A stretch of 62,960 bases of DNA. Source: Priapulus caudatus (taxonomy: Eukaryota). This document shows positions 1 through 13,052 of this stretch, piece after piece. Position 1 is the stretch's first letter. Every line of letters starts with the position of its first letter. The stretch is taken from contig NW_014577087.1 of NCBI RefSeq assembly GCF_000485595.1, forward strand, positions 401,162-464,121, read 5' to 3'. The position numbers were made by a program, and so were the translations under genes. The notes beneath the pieces are model-generated. The model did no database searches, was not told the origin of the DNA, and saw only the letters and a program-made list of their open reading frames with translations.

Positions 1-158
1 ATGTCACCTTCATCGTCCTCACGATGTCACCTTCATCGTCCTCACAATGTCACCTTCATCGTCCTCACGATGTCACCTTCATCGTCCTCACAATGTCACC
101 TTCATCGTCCTCACGATGTCACCTTCATCGTCCTCACAATGTCACCTTCATCGTCCTC
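1..158. repeat. 23-bp tandem repeat (atgtcaccttcatcgtcctcacR), about 7 copies
   Basis: Unit starts at 1, 24, 47, 70, 93, 116, 139; runs off the window start. Confidence 0.95.
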
Positions 159-304
159 GGATCGAAAAAAAAACGGATGGCATGAAGAACGGATGATGTA
201 GGAGAACATCTGATGGCACGGTAACGGTGAAGTCCTGCCGGTGCAAACCAAAGCCCGACGCCGTGTGCAGTGTCTGTTACCCAGGAGCCGACCTCTATCA
301 GTAA

Positions 305-590
305 CGGTAACCCAGTCAGGTAAACCCAGTCAGGTAAACTCAGTCAGGTAAACTCAGTCAAGTAACTCCAGTCATGGCAACCTACTCAGGCAAACCCAGT
401 CAGGTAAACTCAGTCAAGTAACCCCAGTCATGTCAACTTACTCAGGCAAACCCAGCCAGGTAAATGTAGTTAGGTAAACCCAGTCAGATAAATCCGGCCA
501 GGCAACAACCTCAATCGGGTAAACAGACAGGCAAATCCAGTCACGTAAACCAAGGTAGGTAAAATCAGTCAGATTAATTCAGTCAGGTTA
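305..590. repeat. Degenerate ~14-bp tandem repeat (ggtaaacccagtca)
   Basis: Repeated ggtaaacYcagtca units that decay rightwards. Confidence 0.8.
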
Positions 591-1053
591 GCAGAATCAT
601 TTGAACTCAGTCTTGCCAGCAGGAGCAGAGCTCAATTAATCACGGAAAATCGACATTTGTAATATGGCCAAGTTAAAGCAGTAGGATTAATTCAACTATG
701 TTAAAACCGAGTCACGATAAACCAGAGGCAGCTTAACTCACTCTAATTAAAATAATTCAAACATTGACATGCCTATGAGCCAAGATCGCATTAGCTTAAT
801 TCCAACTAGCGAAGGTGAAGAATCAATATCAATCTTCACTCAGATGCAATGAAATTCTTGATCCCCACATGGACCAACTTCAAAATGTCGACCCCCCCAT
901 GTGGATGTGATAACGGGGAGAAAGTGACACAAATTAGCGCGGAGTCTCTTGCTAAGCGAGACTAATCCATCCAGCCCGGTATTTCACCCCGCACTGCTGC
1001 TGCTCAGCCCCCTTGCGTGCACGAGCGTATGTTGAGGTTTCCCCGTACCTTAA

Positions 1054-1424
1054 ATTGACTATGTCACGAATTTTCTATGGTGTATATTTGTAAATAAAAA
1101 TTCAATTTTTTTACATTAAAAGTATGTACTAACTCTAAACGTATCGTCAAATTGTTACCCGATAAGATTGTTTCTCAACTAGCTAAAAATCCAAAAAACC
1201 TGGACGATTTGATAAATATGATCCTGACATTAATTGCTTGCTATGGGCTATGTATGAGTCACGAGTGTATGTTTACATTGAACAATATAGTAAAATACGA
1301 AGTATAATGCAGGAATTTAACCATAAAAAGTACCAACAGAACAGAAAAAGTGGAAAAAGTGGAAATATTGTGAAAAAGTGGAAATATTTTCTTTACTTTT
1401 ACTATTTACGGTGACGTAATCACT
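1054..1424. mobile_element. MITE with TTAA flanks, Kolobok-like
   Basis: ttaa|attgactatgtcac ... gtgacgtaatcact|ttaa: imperfect 14-bp TIR, AT-rich non-coding interior. Confidence 0.6.
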
Positions 1425-2934
1425 TTAACGTCCCTCCCCGCTGCCCGCAAGCGGCTTCTCGCAAATAGTTGAAGGATTGGAAGCCAGCGCGGCCCGACGA
1501 AATGCGCCTAGATGCGAACCATGCATGCCGCCCCGCTGCCGCTAAGCCAGCAGCTAGGCCGGCTAGTCTAAATTCCTCGTGGCAAATTTCGGAAAGCCAA
1601 TTACGCCTCTTATATTGATTGCCTTCTTTGCGTGCGTAGCGGGGCGGGGGAGGCGGAGGCTTGGACAAGCTTCAACCGGAGATCGCGTGTAGAGCGAGGA
1701 GGATGGCCTAGCTGCCCGTAGATGGAATGCGACAAGCAGAGGCCGGCCACTGACGTCTAATTGGGAGTAAATACACCCACATTTCCTTACTACACCCATC
1801 ACAACACTCTTGCGCATTCTGCTCGACAGCCGATTATTAAAAAACGTGGGATTTATTGCATAATGAACCCTCTCCTTAAAAATAACTTAATATCAACTTT
1901 ATAGTAACATAATGAAACCCGTAATCCCATAATAATATAACATACTGAATATCAGTAAATTCTCTCATTCTCCCCTAATTCCCAGTAGCATGGTTCGTAT
2001 GGTCTGCTGGACTCTCTATTGTTTAAGACTCTAAGTTATTCCGAATTACATGTCGAAGAATTGTTGATCATGTAATTTTAACGAGCAGAACCGAGTAATT
2101 TATAAAATGCAAGGGATGCATATTGAAAATTAACTCAAAAGCCCTAATCCAATTAATTAGGTACAGTAAAAACCTGCATAAAAGAACCCGTGATTTTAAG
2201 AACCTCCAGTCTGAAATTGGACCAATAAAGCACCTATTATATAAGAACCTCTTCAGCCTGATAAATTAAACAGGTTCTTATATAAAAAAAATGCCGAAAA
2301 TTAGAGCAAACTGGGGCAATCCAAGTATGTGTGCTACACCATTTGAAACCNNNNNNNNNNNNNNNNNNNNNNNNNNNNNNNNNNNNNNNNNNNNNNNNNN
2401 NNNNNNNNNNNNNNNNNNNNNNNNNNNNNNNNNNNNNNNNNNNNNNNNNNNNNNNNNNNNNNNNNNNNNNNNNNNNNNNNNNNNNNNNNNNNNNNNNNNN
2501 NNNNNNNNNNNNNNNNNNNNNNNNNNNNNNNNNNNNNNNNNNNNNNNNNNNNNNNNNNNNNNNNNNNNNNNNNNNNNNNNNNNNNNNNNNNNNNNNNNNN
2601 NNNNNNNNNNNNNNNNNNNNNNNNNNNNNNNNNNNNNNNNNNNNNNNNNNNNNNNNNNNNNNNNNNNNNNNNNNNNNNNNNNNNNNNNNNNNNNNNNNNN
2701 NNNNNNNNNNNNNNNNNNNNNNNNNNNNNNNNNNNNNNNNNNNNNNNNNNNNNNNNNNNNNNNNNNNNNNNNNNNNNNNNNNNNNNNNNNNNNNNNNNNN
2801 NNNNNNNNNNNNNNNNNNNNNNNNNNNNNNNNNNNNNNNNNNNNNNNNNNNNNNNNNNNNNNNNNNNNNNNNNNNNNNNNNNNNNNNNNNNNNNNNNNNN
2901 NNNNNNNNNNNNNNNNNNNNNNNNNNNNNNNNNN

Positions 2935-4030
2935 ATATTGCATCAAGCCACTAGTGAAGGGGAGAGGCGGAAGAGAGACTAGTGCATATTGCATCAAGCC
3001 GCTAGTGAAGAAGAGAGGCAGGAAAAAAACTAGAGCCTATACTGCATCAAGGCACTAGCGAAAGAGAGGGATTACTGCCTTCTTGCATCAAGCCACTAGT
3101 GAAGGGAAGAGGAAGGAGAGAGACTACCACCTATTGCATCAAGACACTAGTGGATGAGAGACGCAGAGAAAGACTAGCACGTATTGCACCAAGGCACTCG
3201 TGAAGGAGAGAGATCGCCACGTGTATTGCATCAAGCCACTAGCGTGCGAGAGAGGTCACCGTGTATTGCATAAAGCCACTAGTGTGTGAAAGAGGTTGTC
3301 TTATATCGTATCAAGGCACTAGCACATGAGAGAGGTCACCGTGTATTGCATCAAGCCACTAGTGTGTGAGAGAGGTTGTCTTATATTGTATCAAGGCACT
3401 AGCGTGCGAGAGAGGTCACCGTGTATTGCATCAAGGCACTAGTGTGTGAGAGAGGGTGTCTTATATTGTATCAAGGCACTAGCCCATGAGAGAGGTCACC
3501 GTGAATTGCATCAAGGCACTAGTGTGTGAGAGAGGGTGTCTTATATTGTATCAAGGCACTAGCCCATGAGAGAGGTCACCGTGAATTGCATCAAGGCACT
3601 AGTGTGTGAGAGAGGGTGTCTTATATTGTATCAAGGCACTAGCCCATGAGAGAGGTCACCGTGAATTGCATCAAGGCACTAGTGTGTGAGAGAGGGTGTC
3701 TTATATTGTATCAAGGCACTAGCCCATGAGAGAGGTCACCGTGAATTGCATCAAGGCACTAGTGTGTGAGAGAGGGTGTCTTATATTGCATCAAGCCACT
3801 AGCGTGCGAGGGAGGGTGTCTTATATTGTATCAAGCCACTAGTGTGAGAGAGAGGGTGTCTTATATTGCATCAAGGCACTAGTGTGCGAGAGAGGGTGTC
3901 TTATATTGCATCAAGGCACTAGTGTGAGAGAGAGGGTGTCTTATATTGTATCAAGCCACTAGTGTGCGAGAGAGGGTGTCTTATATTGTATCAAGGAACT
4001 AGTGTGTGAGAGAGGTCGCTGCTTATTGCG
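2935..4030. repeat. ~40-bp minisatellite with an 80-bp higher-order dimer in the centre
   Basis: Core tattgYatcaagScactag recurs about every 40 bp; exact 80-bp dimers about 3460-3780. Confidence 0.95.
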
Positions 4031-5487
4031 TGAATCCACTTGGCCATAAAGGACCGTTATCAGCTGTGGAGCAACGAGCGGACGAGTGGCGGCTGCATTC
4101 CTCGAGATTCACTCCGCAGACTCTCATCCTAATGGGGTTTCGAACCGCAATCCTGCGCACAAGTAATGCCGGCATAGACAGATGCTGACATTCCTCTCTC
4201 TCTCTCTCCATCCCTCCTCTCTCTCATTCCCTCCCTTGCTCGTTAGTGCGTTCTTTCTCTGGCTTCCTAGCGCTCTCTCTCTCTCTCTCCCTCTCTCTCA
4301 CTAGTGCTCTCTCTTTCCCTCCACCCCTCTCCCTCCCTCATTCCTGCCCCTCCTCTATCTTATTTCTTTCACCTTCTCAGTATTCATCGTTCTTTCACCT
4401 TCTTTCTGCTTTGCCCTCTCACTCGCCCTCTCTCTCTCTCTTTCTCCTCCCACCCTCCCCCCTCTCTCTCACTCATCGCTTCACTTCGGTAATTAGCGCC
4501 ATGCACTGCATAGAGCCTGCCACCCGGGCACAGCTACATCATCATCATCATCAGCAGTGTGTGGGGAGGAGGCGGTTGTCACGCAGGATTATCGCTTGCC
4601 TCCCCGCGTGACTGCAGCGTCTGTGAAGCGTTGATACAGCTACGTCCCCACCGGCGTCTGCGAACGATCCCCAGCCGCGACACAATCAGCTGCCTGCATA
4701 GCTGCGACTGTCAGCCTCCCACACGCACATCACCGTGACAACGCTGCGACAAAGATGCGGGCGGGATGGCGAGCCAGCTGATGATGGTGGTGGCGCTACT
4801 ACCGATGATGATGATAATGATGATATGCGGGCTCTCTCTCTCTCTCTCTCTGCCTCGAGCTCTCTCTCCGTGTGTGCGTTCGTGCGTGTGCGGGCGTGCG
4901 TGCGTGCGTGCGTGCATGCGTGGGTGTGATTTATGCAGTTAGACAGCTTAAACACGGATACACACTACCTACGTACGCACATCAAGACATTTAGGATGAC
5001 ATTTAAACATCTAGGTAGTGCCGCCGCCAACGCTCGATGCCCACGCTAAACAGTCACAGTGAAGAGGTCCCTAACCCGAGACATTTCACCCGCATCGTCG
5101 GGCGCACCTAGACTAGCAGACATACAACTAACACGACCCGCTACAGTGTGAGTACACGACTCGACGAGACCGGCTATGTCTGCGGACACTCGATACAAAG
5201 CCGCACTCTAACGTGACATTCCTCGCCGTGAAGTCTTGCAGCAGTGGACAGGGGAAGCTCTCATCTACATTGCAAGCTCTAGAAGAACAACACTCAGCCA
5301 GCCCTGACGACAGCCAACAACGCCCCCCCCCCCCGGTTCACTCTCTATGACAGCGAAGTCTGCGCGTAAGGGGCGGGCGGAGGATGGAGAGATGACGAGT
5401 GCAATGGTGGGAAGCTGTGGAATCTCAGCGGACCGGAGGGTGTTCGTCGGATGCAGCACAGCACTCAAGCACGCTCGCATTCACACT

Positions 5488-5809
5488 CAGGGTTCATAGT
5501 AGTAAGACACATGTTGAAATAAGGACGTATAAGACCCTTTCTGGAGGCCAAAATAAGACTCTTTTACACGATTTCTGATAGATCACCGACTATTAAAGTA
5601 CACTACCAATATTTATATACACAATTGCACAGCAGATTTAATTATTCCGTATTATATATACAACAATTCTTACTCTAAGTCGAGAAAAAATAAGGACTAT
5701 TAAGTACTTTTCTAAGATTTCACCAAAACTAAGTACTAATAAGGGCCCTTATTTTATTTTTGGCAAAATAAGTACTTATAAGACTTTGGAAGACCCGCTA
5801 CGAACCCTG
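5488..5809. mobile_element. hAT-like MITE (CAGGG ends), apparent 5-bp TSD
   Basis: acact|cagggttcatag ... ctacgaaccctg|acact; internal ataagac/ataagtac subrepeats. Confidence 0.7.
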
Positions 5810-6192
5810 ACACTCGCAGGCACTCACACACGCACGCACGCTCACACGCACGCACGCGCTCACGCTTGCACGCACACACGCTCGCATGCACGTTCGCACT
5901 CACACACGCACGCACGCTCGCACGCACGCTCGCACTCACACACGCTCGCACTCACACACGCACGCACGCACGCTCGCACGCACACACGCTCGCACGCAGT
6001 CACACATGCTCGCACTCACACACGCACGCACGCACGCATGCTCGCACTCACGCTCGCACGCACTCACACATGCTCGCACTCACACACGCACGCACGCTCC
6101 CACTCACGCACGCACGCACGCCTGCTCGCTCGCACACACACACGCTCTCATGCACTCACGCACGCTCGCACTCATGCACGCACGCACGCACA
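5810..6192. repeat. (CACG)n/(CA)n compound microsatellite
   Basis: Direct inspection; similar tracts at about 11590-12045, 14365-15145, 19240-19440, 35580-35645, 47110-47265, 62633-62692. Confidence 0.95.
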
Positions 6193-6964
6193 GCTCTCGT
6201 CAGCTAGATGAAAGCCACTCGCTCTCCGCCTCGCTCCGTACATTATGCAGCACTCAACAATGGCTCGCAATTACCACCTAAAAACATCCAAACTTCTCAA
6301 TAATTAAACACGCCCATGGGCTGATTTCCTCGGTCGTTCGCTGAGTAACTTTCCAAGCTTAACCGCTTCACAAGCCAGCATTAGTAGAGGAAATCTAGGA
6401 CGAGGAAGGAAATCCAGGCACTAAAAGTCCAGAGCAACCGGGGGATTGGCACTCCGGAGCTACTTTATAATCACTCTCATATATTCATGCTGCGTTCTGC
6501 CTATGCATACACAATCAACGTTTATTACGTCTAAAGACAGTGATACTTTTACAGGCAGGTGCTAATCCGATCAATAGTTCGATGTGATATTTACACCAAG
6601 ACGCAGGTGTGACATGATATGTATAACTTACATTAACAGACACCTGTGCTAGGGCTCTCACATCCATAGACAGACGTTACAGGAATCTTAACTCTATAGG
6701 CAGGAGTGGTAGGACGCTTACATTAACAGACGCAATAGGATCCTTATGTCAAGACGTGAGTGTGAGGGAAGGCTTACACTCATAGGCAGGAGTAACAGGA
6801 CTCTCACCTCAACACCCACAGGTGATCCAACCTTTACATTCATAAGCACGTGAGGGACACATACCTACAGAGCAACCGCGGAAGACAGACAGCAGCGAAA
6901 TAAAGAGAGCGAAACCCGCGCACGCGGACGCGCCGTCGCGGCGGCGGCCCCGGTGCTCACTTAC

Positions 6965-7152
6965 GTTGACGGGCAGTGGCGAGGTGATCTTGCCAGAGCC
7001 GGAGCTGGAGCTGCCGTGCCTCACGGACGGCCGCTCTAGATGCGACAGCGGCATCTTGCCTCCGTTGTAGTGCGGCTGAGCAGGGGGCGGCAGTGGCGCC
7101 TTGCAGCCGGGCGGTCGCCCTAGCAACGTCAACGCGACATGGTTGCCCGCAG
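6965..7152 (-). CDS. PDZ-RhoGEF (ARHGEF11/ARHGEF12/RhoGEF2 family) exon: end of PDZ domain plus linker, AAGNHVALTLLGRPPGCKAPLPPP...KITSPLPVN
   Basis: Acceptor ttcattcgcag| and donor aac|gtaagt; 188 nt, phase 1 to 0. VALTLLGRPPG and KITSP match the recalled LARG/ARHGEF12 sequence VALTVQGRPPG...RITSP. Confidence 0.93.
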
Positions 7153-7894
7153 CTGCGAATGAATAAAACGAGATTATCATCGAAACGTTTTCAGCGGCGA
7201 ATCTCCGTGCTGCGCGCGTGCGAGACCGACGGACCATCTGTTTCGATATTTCCCCTCCTCCTCGCCTCACTGCTCCGCGCGTTCGATTACGCTGCCGTCA
7301 ACGCGCCGGTTCGAGTTTCGAGGCGAGCTGACCGGCGTTTAAAACGGCACGCGTCTCCCCGCTTCGCTAACATCGCTCGCTGTACGCCGCCCCGATCAAC
7401 TCACCCGCTCTACCTGATTACTCTCGCCACAGAGTTAATCATTCTCCCCCCCCCCCCCGCTGCATTACACGAGCGACGCATGCGCACGACGAGGAGCGTC
7501 TGCGCAGAACGCGAGACAGCGCAACGATGAAGTCGCCCCGCTCTCGCAGCAGACGGTCAATTTAGAGAAACACACGTAAACCGTAAATCTAGATGCGAGG
7601 AGTAATTGCCTTTTTCTGGCCGACTTAATTCTACTGATGATGCAACAAACGGGTAGAATAGTGAGAATATTTTCAGTGTGCTATTCAAATAATTGAATTT
7701 CGTCTTTCATAAAATTCAAAAGTCGTCTTTCTCACAATTCAATATAGACGAGATATTTAAGCCTTTGAATAGATATTTTTAAATTTATGTAATAAAGGAT
7801 GATGTAAATAATTGATGTTTAACTGCAATAAATGTAATTAGACAGCTATTCTGATGCATGCATGGAGGAGTCCACGCAGAGAAGTCTCACTCAC

Positions 7895-7952
7895 CTTTCA
7901 CTAATCGCACGACTTCTAAATGGTTGGAACTTGTCACTAGAGTTCCATTAAC
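7895..7952 (-). CDS. PDZ-RhoGEF exon, VNGTLVTSSNHLEVVRLVK
   Basis: cttgcag| ... aaag|gtgagt; 58 nt, phase 0 to 1. Nearly identical to recalled LARG VNGTLVTHSNHLEVVKLIK. Confidence 0.96.
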
Positions 7953-8566
7953 CTGCAAGCAAGAGAAAGGAAATTTATAATGCAGGAACGTATTTAGAAT
8001 ACCACAAAATACATTCAGTGATTTGCTTTAGAAATTTAGCTAGCACTGTCAGTACGCCTATTTGCTATGAAACTTTTCCCATCCTTCGTTGTCCCTTTAA
8101 CTTAACCGTAACCCTAGAACTTTTCGTCCTATAACATGGCCCTAGAACAATAACAGTATCAAATTTCTCCCTAACACTGGTACGTTAAGGTCATTTGTTC
8201 TTCAGGTTTCTTTTATGCCGTAATGTATTTTCCAATGCAAAGGGCATAGGAGCCAGACGAGACACAAGTCATCAGCTCAATATATGAAATGCTATACTGG
8301 CATCAACATTAACATAAATTCCTTAGCTGATATAAACAATAATGAATCATCCCCATGACATTTCGCTTGTCCTATAGGCACTTACAATCAAACAAGAATA
8401 TTACTATAGGCCATTATCTTACTAATCAGTAAAATATTTTCACACAGATCCTAGAGTTATGCTCTACGAATTTCACGTTGATTGTTATGTAGATACGATA
8501 ACGTTACTCGCTAGTAGGACTAATTCCCATATTTTACAGACTGCTAGGTAAGGACATGAATCTCAC

Positions 8567-8616
8567 CTTAATGATTCTATCACCTATTTGTACTCCAGCT
8601 TTAGCCGCAGCGCCAC
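8567..8616 (-). CDS. PDZ-RhoGEF exon, (G)GAAAKAGVQIGDRIIK
   Basis: ttcacag| ... aag|gtgaga; 50 nt, phase 1 to 0. Matches the PDZ motif GAAxxAGVQxGDRIIK. Confidence 0.96.
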
Positions 8617-9849
8617 CTGTGAACAGTAAAAAAAAGCTTTAACAAAAGCCATAAGCTACCGCAAAAGCTTTAACAAAAGCTTTATTCAGGTAATACTAAT
8701 AAGTAAACCTACGCACTCCGGCTTCATTATGCCACTGCATAATCACATTACAACATTTACGCGCTGCGAGACCTCTATCAACGCAGGTGAATCCGAACCC
8801 GATTCTAATAAACTTACGACCGTACACCACTCAACAGGAGATATGACATCAACAAAGCCTGCATGTAGCATCAATGCATCTAATTTTCCTGGAACCGGCA
8901 AGCGCCGAACAACTTCTCGCCGACGCTCTCACTAAAATTCCTAATGAATTAGTTAACAGTTTTACGACCACTTCTTGCAAGCCGACACGGCCAACAAGCG
9001 TGGCAATCATTTTCGCATCGCTCCTCCCCGCAATGGCTGTGCGTTCGCCGGTTGCCTGGCAACCACCTCGACTGGTTTGCCTGCCACATTCTACCTGGCA
9101 CGGGAGCGCAGCGCAAAACCCCTATAACCCGCTAGAAGCTGCTGGCTACAAAGCGTTTACTTCGTAAAAATACCCTGCCGAACGCGACGAGGGAAGAAAG
9201 GCGACGTGATGTGAAAGAGCACGCGACGCGGCGACGGCACTGCGTGGTTCAGCAGAACGTCTCGAAGCACTGCAATTCTGTAGCAATGAGCCTTAAATCT
9301 AATTCCCGCCGATTGTTCTGCCGATGGGTGAGACTTTACTGCTTGAAGGCTCGCTACGGACGTAGATTATATCCTCTGTTATCATCATCGTTTCAGCCAT
9401 ACAGACCATTCGAGTGAATTCAATAACGTATCAATTATCATGGATCCCATAAAGCGGGTGAAATGTGAAAGCGGCCTCGCGGTGTCGATAGAAATTCGAC
9501 AATTGGTTTGAAATTGCGACCAGGCACCGATGACGAGCTGTTACAGGGGCCGCTGTGAAGGTTTCGTCGGCTCGCTCGGGGCTAGGAAGCACCCTCACAC
9601 GACAGCGGCGCGAGTCTCTCTCTACTGGGTTAGGCTACTATTAGCCAGCATACGAGCATGGACGTCGGCAGGCGTGACGTCCTAGCTAGTCCTGCCATCA
9701 AATTAGCAGAAAACCAAGAGCCGCGCTCGTACAAAGGTGACAGACCCTGGGTTGCTGGTGACAACCTTCATTATGATCGGCAGTCACGCGCCGCTTACCA
9801 ACGTACGACCAAAAAAACACAGCAGACACGCGGGGTGGTTCTGATAGGT

Positions 9850-10230
9850 AAATAGATGAATATCTAGGTGCATGGGTGAATAGCAAGGTGCATAGATGAA
9901 TATTTAGATGTGTAGATGAATATCTGAGTGAATAGAAGAATATCTAGATGAATAGCTAGGTCAATAACCAGGTAAATATAGCAAATAAATATTTTAAAGG
10001 GTAGCCAGGTGGACAGCTAGGTGAGTCGCTAGGTGTGTAGCCGAGTGCGTTGTCTGCACATGTGAATCGCACACTGCTTAGCCCGTCCGCGTTCACCGCC
10101 GCTCTTACAGCGGGGGCCGCTCACTAAACAAACTCACTCTGAATGAAACTATCCGGTTGCACGAGAAGCGCTGCGTCTGCGTGTTTGCCGATAATTAGCT
10201 CATACAGCAGTCGGCGCGTTTTTCACTTGA
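9850..10230 (+). repeat. Dispersed repeat, with a second (noisy) copy at about 26780-27170
   Basis: Shared atagatgaatatttagatg ... gggtagccaggtggacagct ... gccgagtgcgttgtctgca ... agctcatacagcagtcgg. Confidence 0.8.
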
Positions 10231-10663
10231 ATACGCACGCGCTGCCACAGCGCGCCGACATTTTATTTTAAGCCGCTTCGCTGTCGGCTGATCACCGGCC
10301 CTCGGTCAACAACCGGTTGTAAGTCTTCGGAAAACATCGTTACGACGAGACGGAAATACTTTCGTTTCGCCGAGATGCGCGTTCGCGCGCGCGTTTCCTA
10401 GTTTGCGCCCGTCAGTAAAAAGACAGTCTGTAAAAACAAGGATACTCCTGCGCGAGTGTTGGCTCCTCGGAAGCCGTCAGACGCACAGTCTATGTATATA
10501 GGATTAGCGTGCACTAGTGAACGCACTCGCGCGTAGCTCTCTCGTCCACGGGTCACCACCTCAACAACTGTAGCTCATCACTACAGGCCGTGGGTCACCC
10601 GACCCCTTACACCTCATCACCCCCGATCGTGGGCCACCCCCTACACCTCACCATCACCGACAG

Positions 10664-10822
10664 TGGGTCGTTTCCCATCCCTTACATCCCACAACCACAG
10701 CCCGGGGGTCGTTTCCCATCCCTTACATCCCACAACCACAGCCCGGGGGTCGTTTCCCATCCCTTACATCCCACAACCACCGACCGTGGGTCGTTTCCCA
10801 TCCCTTACATCCCACAACCACC
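10664..10822. repeat. ~41-bp tandem repeat (gggtcgtttcccatcccttacatcccacaaccac...), 4 copies
   Basis: Direct inspection. Confidence 0.9.
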
Positions 10823-11101
10823 GTCTGTCGGTTACGTCCCACCCTCCGTAGCTCACCACCATCGGGTCGCCTCATCGTTCTCAGCCATGGGTAGCGTCCT
10901 GTCACTTGGAGGTTGGTCAACCCCCCTCACCCCCTAGCTGTGGGCCACTTCCCTTGGCTCTTGGCAACCCCCTGCCGCAACGGCCGGAGGATTACCGCGC
11001 ATTTACAACACATACAACCCCCGACGCTATATACGACACTGCTGTTGCATTTGTGTTGCATTTTTAGTGCGAAAAATCTGTAAATGTCCGCGCGCCAGTT
11101 C

Positions 11102-11172
<71 letters not shown>

Positions 11173-11177
<5 letters not shown>

Positions 11178-11262
11178 CCTCACGTGGAGACACCAGCGTC
11201 CTCACGTGGAGACACCAGCGCCCTCACGTGGAGACACCAGCGCCCTCACACAGAGACACCAG
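11173..11262. repeat. 22-bp tandem repeat (cctcacgtggagacaccagcgY), about 4 copies, after a (TG)n tract
   Basis: Direct inspection. Confidence 0.85.
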
Positions 11263-11440
11263 AATTCTTGCACAAACGCACTGGCACCCTCGTGCGTAGA
11301 CACGAGTGCCTTCACATGGTGACGCCGGCGCCCTCTCGTGGAAGGCCGGCCATCGTCACGCCATCTGCAGGCGAGTTTTCCAACTTGCTCGACCCGTTAA
11401 TGTGTTTAACGGCAGCGTTCGAGCGATGGCTGAGTCATAC

Positions 11441-11545
11441 CTTCTTTGACGGACTGCACAAAGACGGGGTTGTCACCGCTCACTGTGAGGCCGTATCCTT
11501 TCTCATCCTTCTGTATGATGACGCAGCGCTGGATGAGAGGTCCAC
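11441..11545 (-). CDS. PDZ-RhoGEF exon, start of PDZ domain, (G)GPLIQRCVIIQKDEKGYGLTVSGDNPVFVQSVKE
   Basis: tgttgcag| ... gaag|gtatga; 105 nt, phase 1 to 1. Matches recalled LARG LVQRCVIIQKDDNGFGLTVSGDNPVFVQSVKE. Confidence 0.97.
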
Positions 11546-12515
11546 CTGCAACAGCAGCAGCACACAGATCGTCAGTCACCTACACACACACACACTACAT
11601 GTAATATGATCACGCACGCACGCACACATACACTCAACATGTAACATGATCACGCATGCACGGACGCGCGCGCACGCGCAGGCAAGCGCACGTGCAGACA
11701 CGCGTATGCCTGCGCGCAAGCAGTCGTGTACGTGCATGCACGCGTATGCTTGCACGCACGTACATAGACGCGTATGCTTGCACGCACGTACATAGACGCG
11801 TGTCGGCGTGTGCCTGCGGGTACGGCATCTGCTGAGAACACAAACGTTGCTGTCTCATCTAGCTTCCTTCACCTACAGATGCGCTAGCGATGATGGTTGA
11901 CTCCATATATGGCTGCATTCGTTCCACGGCAGTTGAGAAGTCATAGTAATGTAACGGTTCCACGTGCGCCAAAGCACGTACGCACACACGCACGCGCGCA
12001 CGCACGCGCGCACGCACGCACGCACACACACACACGCACACACAGACTAGCACATGACGAGAGAGATATAAAGATATAGAAGGAGAGATGGAGAGAGGGA
12101 GAGAGGGAGAACTGTTTACCTATGACTTGCCGGCGCGCCCTCATGCTGTCGGGAGCTCTAGCTACGCACTTTGCCTACAGATACTATCGCAGACATCACA
12201 GCGACGTGACTGATACAGGTAACAGCTGCACTTAACGCAAAAGATCGGCACACTATTACGTTGTTGACAAAGTCCAACGACACGTAGGCCAACCACGCAC
12301 GACACTCACTCGTTTAAAACTTTTCAAAACTACCGATTAACATCATGCGCAATTGCAAAATAATTCATCACTCCCACGTGGACAGTGAATGTGTACGTAA
12401 TCACGCATATAAAACGTGGTTCCACATACTCGAGATAAGATACATTCGTATGACATGTTGTGTACACATTACGTAGACGTTTGGCACACGTGAGTGCAAA
12501 TTGCTTGCTTGCTAC

Positions 12516-12572
12516 CAAGAGCGTACCAAGAAGCTATCTGCTACTACCAAGAAGCTTCTTAATACGCTCTTG
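12516..12572. mobile_element. CARGAG micro-hairpin element, imperfect copy
   Basis: ttgctac|caagagcgta...tacgctcttg|ttgctat; TSD 6/7. Confidence 0.6.
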
Positions 12573-12882
12573 TTGCTATACTTTGCTTGCTTGCTTGCTC
12601 CTCCGGTCGTACAGTCGTACTTACTAGTCAAACACGAATTTCAGTCCTTATGATATCCTAAAACAATGGCCAGTGATAGTACAGCTATAGGCTGCATCAT
12701 TAAATAGTCAATAGTACGTAGAGTTGATGCATGGGAGAAGGCCTGCAGTACACGCATGTGTACATACAGAGGGGATTCTACAGTCGACTTGTACCGCTAG
12801 TGGCCGCGTGCTAATTCATTCTACGTTTATATGTGTGCACGAGGCATCCTAATATTATGTAAAAATATACACTAACACTAGT

Positions 12883-13052
12883 AACAGGTGAGATACACCG
12901 CCATACTAACAGGTGAGGCACACTGTCATACAAACAGGTGAGAATACCATCACACTAACAGGTGAGATACACCGTCATACTAACAGGTGAAAATAGCAGG
13001 TGAGACTACAATCACACTAACAGGCGAGATACACCGTCATACTAACAGGTGA
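12883..13052. repeat. ~25-bp tandem repeat (ctaacaggtgagatacaccgtcata)
   Basis: Direct inspection. Confidence 0.85.

Noticed and set aside
2162..2350. ta|cagtaaaaacct Tc1/pogo-like terminus
   Set aside because: Only one end is visible before the gap, so the element cannot be delimited.
2935..4030. CRISPR-like array (conserved core plus variable part)
   Set aside because: The intervening parts are related to each other and repeated, there are no cas genes, and the context is eukaryotic: it is a minisatellite.
1..6964. Next RhoGEF exon (coiled-coil region after PDZ)
   Set aside because: No convincing match by eye; it may lie in the 2351-2934 gap or outside the window.
6809..7270. 153-aa ORF as a standalone gene
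   Set aside because: Only 6965-7152 is supported as an exon; the rest is read-through into introns.
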